A DNA stretch of 64,000 bases, from contig BTUI01000007.1 of assembly GCA_045863195.1 (NCBI GenBank), forward strand, positions 50,327 through 114,326, written 5' to 3'. A program made the translations under genes and the position numbers. Below are positions 63,358-64,000 of the stretch, piece after piece (the first letter of the stretch is position 1; every line of letters starts with the position of its first letter). The notes beneath the pieces were generated by a model. That model ran no database searches. It saw nothing but the letters and a program-made list of their open reading frames with translations, and had not been told where the DNA came from. This DNA comes from Chloroflexota bacterium. Lineage in GTDB: Bacteria; Chloroflexota; Dehalococcoidia; UBA2979.

Positions 63358-64000
63358 ATGACGACGACCGTGCCGAACTACCTGGAAGAGATGAAGGCGT
63401 GCGCCGCGGCGATCGGGCTGCGGCCGCGCGAGTTCCTGCAGCCGAGCGACCACTGGGTCACCCTCAACGGGATCGACTTCCACTACGTGGACTGGGGCAA
63501 CTCGCACCTGCCGCCGCTGGTGCTGCTGCACGGCGGCAGCCTGACCGCGCACACCTGGGACATGGCCGCGCTCATCCTCCGCGACCGCTACCACGTGATC
63601 GCGCTGGACCAGCGCGGCCACGGCGACACCGGCCACACGCCGGAGGACCGCCTGTCCGAGGACAACGGCGACCTGATGCTCCAGGACACCGAGGCGTTCA
63701 TTGAGCACCTCGGCTACCCGAAGGTGATCCTCTGCGGCATGTCGATGGGCGGGATGAACTCCCTCCGCTACGCGGCACGCCACCCGGAGCGGCTGGACGC
63801 GCTGGTGATCGTGGACATCGCCCCCGTCACCATGCAGGAGGGCCTCATCGAGATGGAGGCGTTCCGTCGCGAGACGGAGACGATGCGCCGCTTCGAGGAT
63901 TTCCTGGAGCGCGCGGTGAAGTTCAACCCGCAACGCAAGCCGGCGCACCTGAAGTACTCGCTGCTCCACTCGCTCAAGCAGGTACCGGACGGCTGGACCT
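63358..64000 (+). CDS. alpha/beta hydrolase (3' end beyond window)
   Basis: Not in the track because it runs off the window. GGGAGGG SD. ..FHYVDWGNSHLPPLVLLHGGSLTAHTWD.., nucleophile elbow GMSMGG. Confidence 0.8.
   Translation, partial: MTTTVPNYLEEMKACAAAIGLRPREFLQPSDHWVTLNGIDFHYVDWGNSHLPPLVLLHGGSLTAHTWDMAALILRDRYHVIALDQRGHGDTGHTPEDRLSEDNGDLMLQDTEAFIEHLGYPKVILCGMSMGGMNSLRYAARHPERLDALVIVDIAPVTMQEGLIEMEAFRRETETMRRFEDFLERAVKFNPQRKPAHLKYSLLHSLKQVPDGWT

Noticed and set aside
1-64000. tRNA, rRNA, tmRNA or mobile elements (IS, integrase, phage genes) and horizontally acquired islands
   Set aside because: I saw no T-loop/acceptor-like tRNA sequences in intergenic gaps and no rRNA-like stretches. 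I saw no transposase or integrase motifs and no inverted terminal repeats. The only AT-richer patches are short promoter-size segments (about 5460-5500, 15280-15410, 18220-18300, 21670-21740). This was a visual scan only; tRNAscan-SE and Infernal should confirm it.

Overview
High-GC (about 70%) bacterial chromosomal segment, densely coding on both strands. I support about 60 protein-coding genes. I found no rRNA, tRNA, CRISPR array, transposase, integrase or prophage signature. Taxon cannot be fixed from sequence alone; gene content and GGAGG-type ribosome-binding sites fit a high-GC Thermomicrobia- or Actinobacteria-like organism. Many long ORFs in the supplied track are antisense or out-of-frame shadow ORFs typical of high-GC DNA (Arg/Ala/Gly/Pro-rich). 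I used protein motifs, G/C-ending codons and Shine-Dalgarno (SD) context to choose frames and re-set several starts. The track uses GTG/TTG starts and the longest extension. Content: PBP1C plus alpha-2-macroglobulin (the latter missing from the track because it runs off the window); an EF-G paralogue, HDOD protein and orphan OmpR regulator; a MarR regulator and six MFS transporters in total; a peptide-type ABC importer without ATPase genes; a B12/radical-SAM enzyme with a CCAEP tail; pyrophosphatase; an SbtA/SbtB/beta-carbonic-anhydrase module; CoA-transferase, acyl-CoA dehydrogenase and crotonase metabolism; oligoribonuclease, RsgA and Lhr helicase; and a CopZ-fusion/CsoR/CopA copper operon. 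Best novel-system candidate, at about 19.4-25.7 kb: a large NTPase-TPR regulator carries a C-terminal SARP (winged-helix + BTAD) module. It is followed by its own terminator, then two direct repeats with 11-bp spacing placed 8 nt from a -10-like hexamer. These precede an unlisted 33-codon ORF encoding a signal-peptide-like pro-peptide ending in EVIFPW, then an HDOD protein and an unknown protein. The layout resembles receptor/pro-peptide (RNPP-like) quorum-sensing cassettes but is built from different domains. This is inference only. Other notable points: sbtA has no canonical start codon for its conserved N-terminus (likely CTG); a 29-bp tandem repeat sits between convergent genes; two CsoR-type C-tract/G-tract palindromes are present; a prokaryotic secreted phospholipase A2 homologue is present; and the ABC-F gene has a structured leader.
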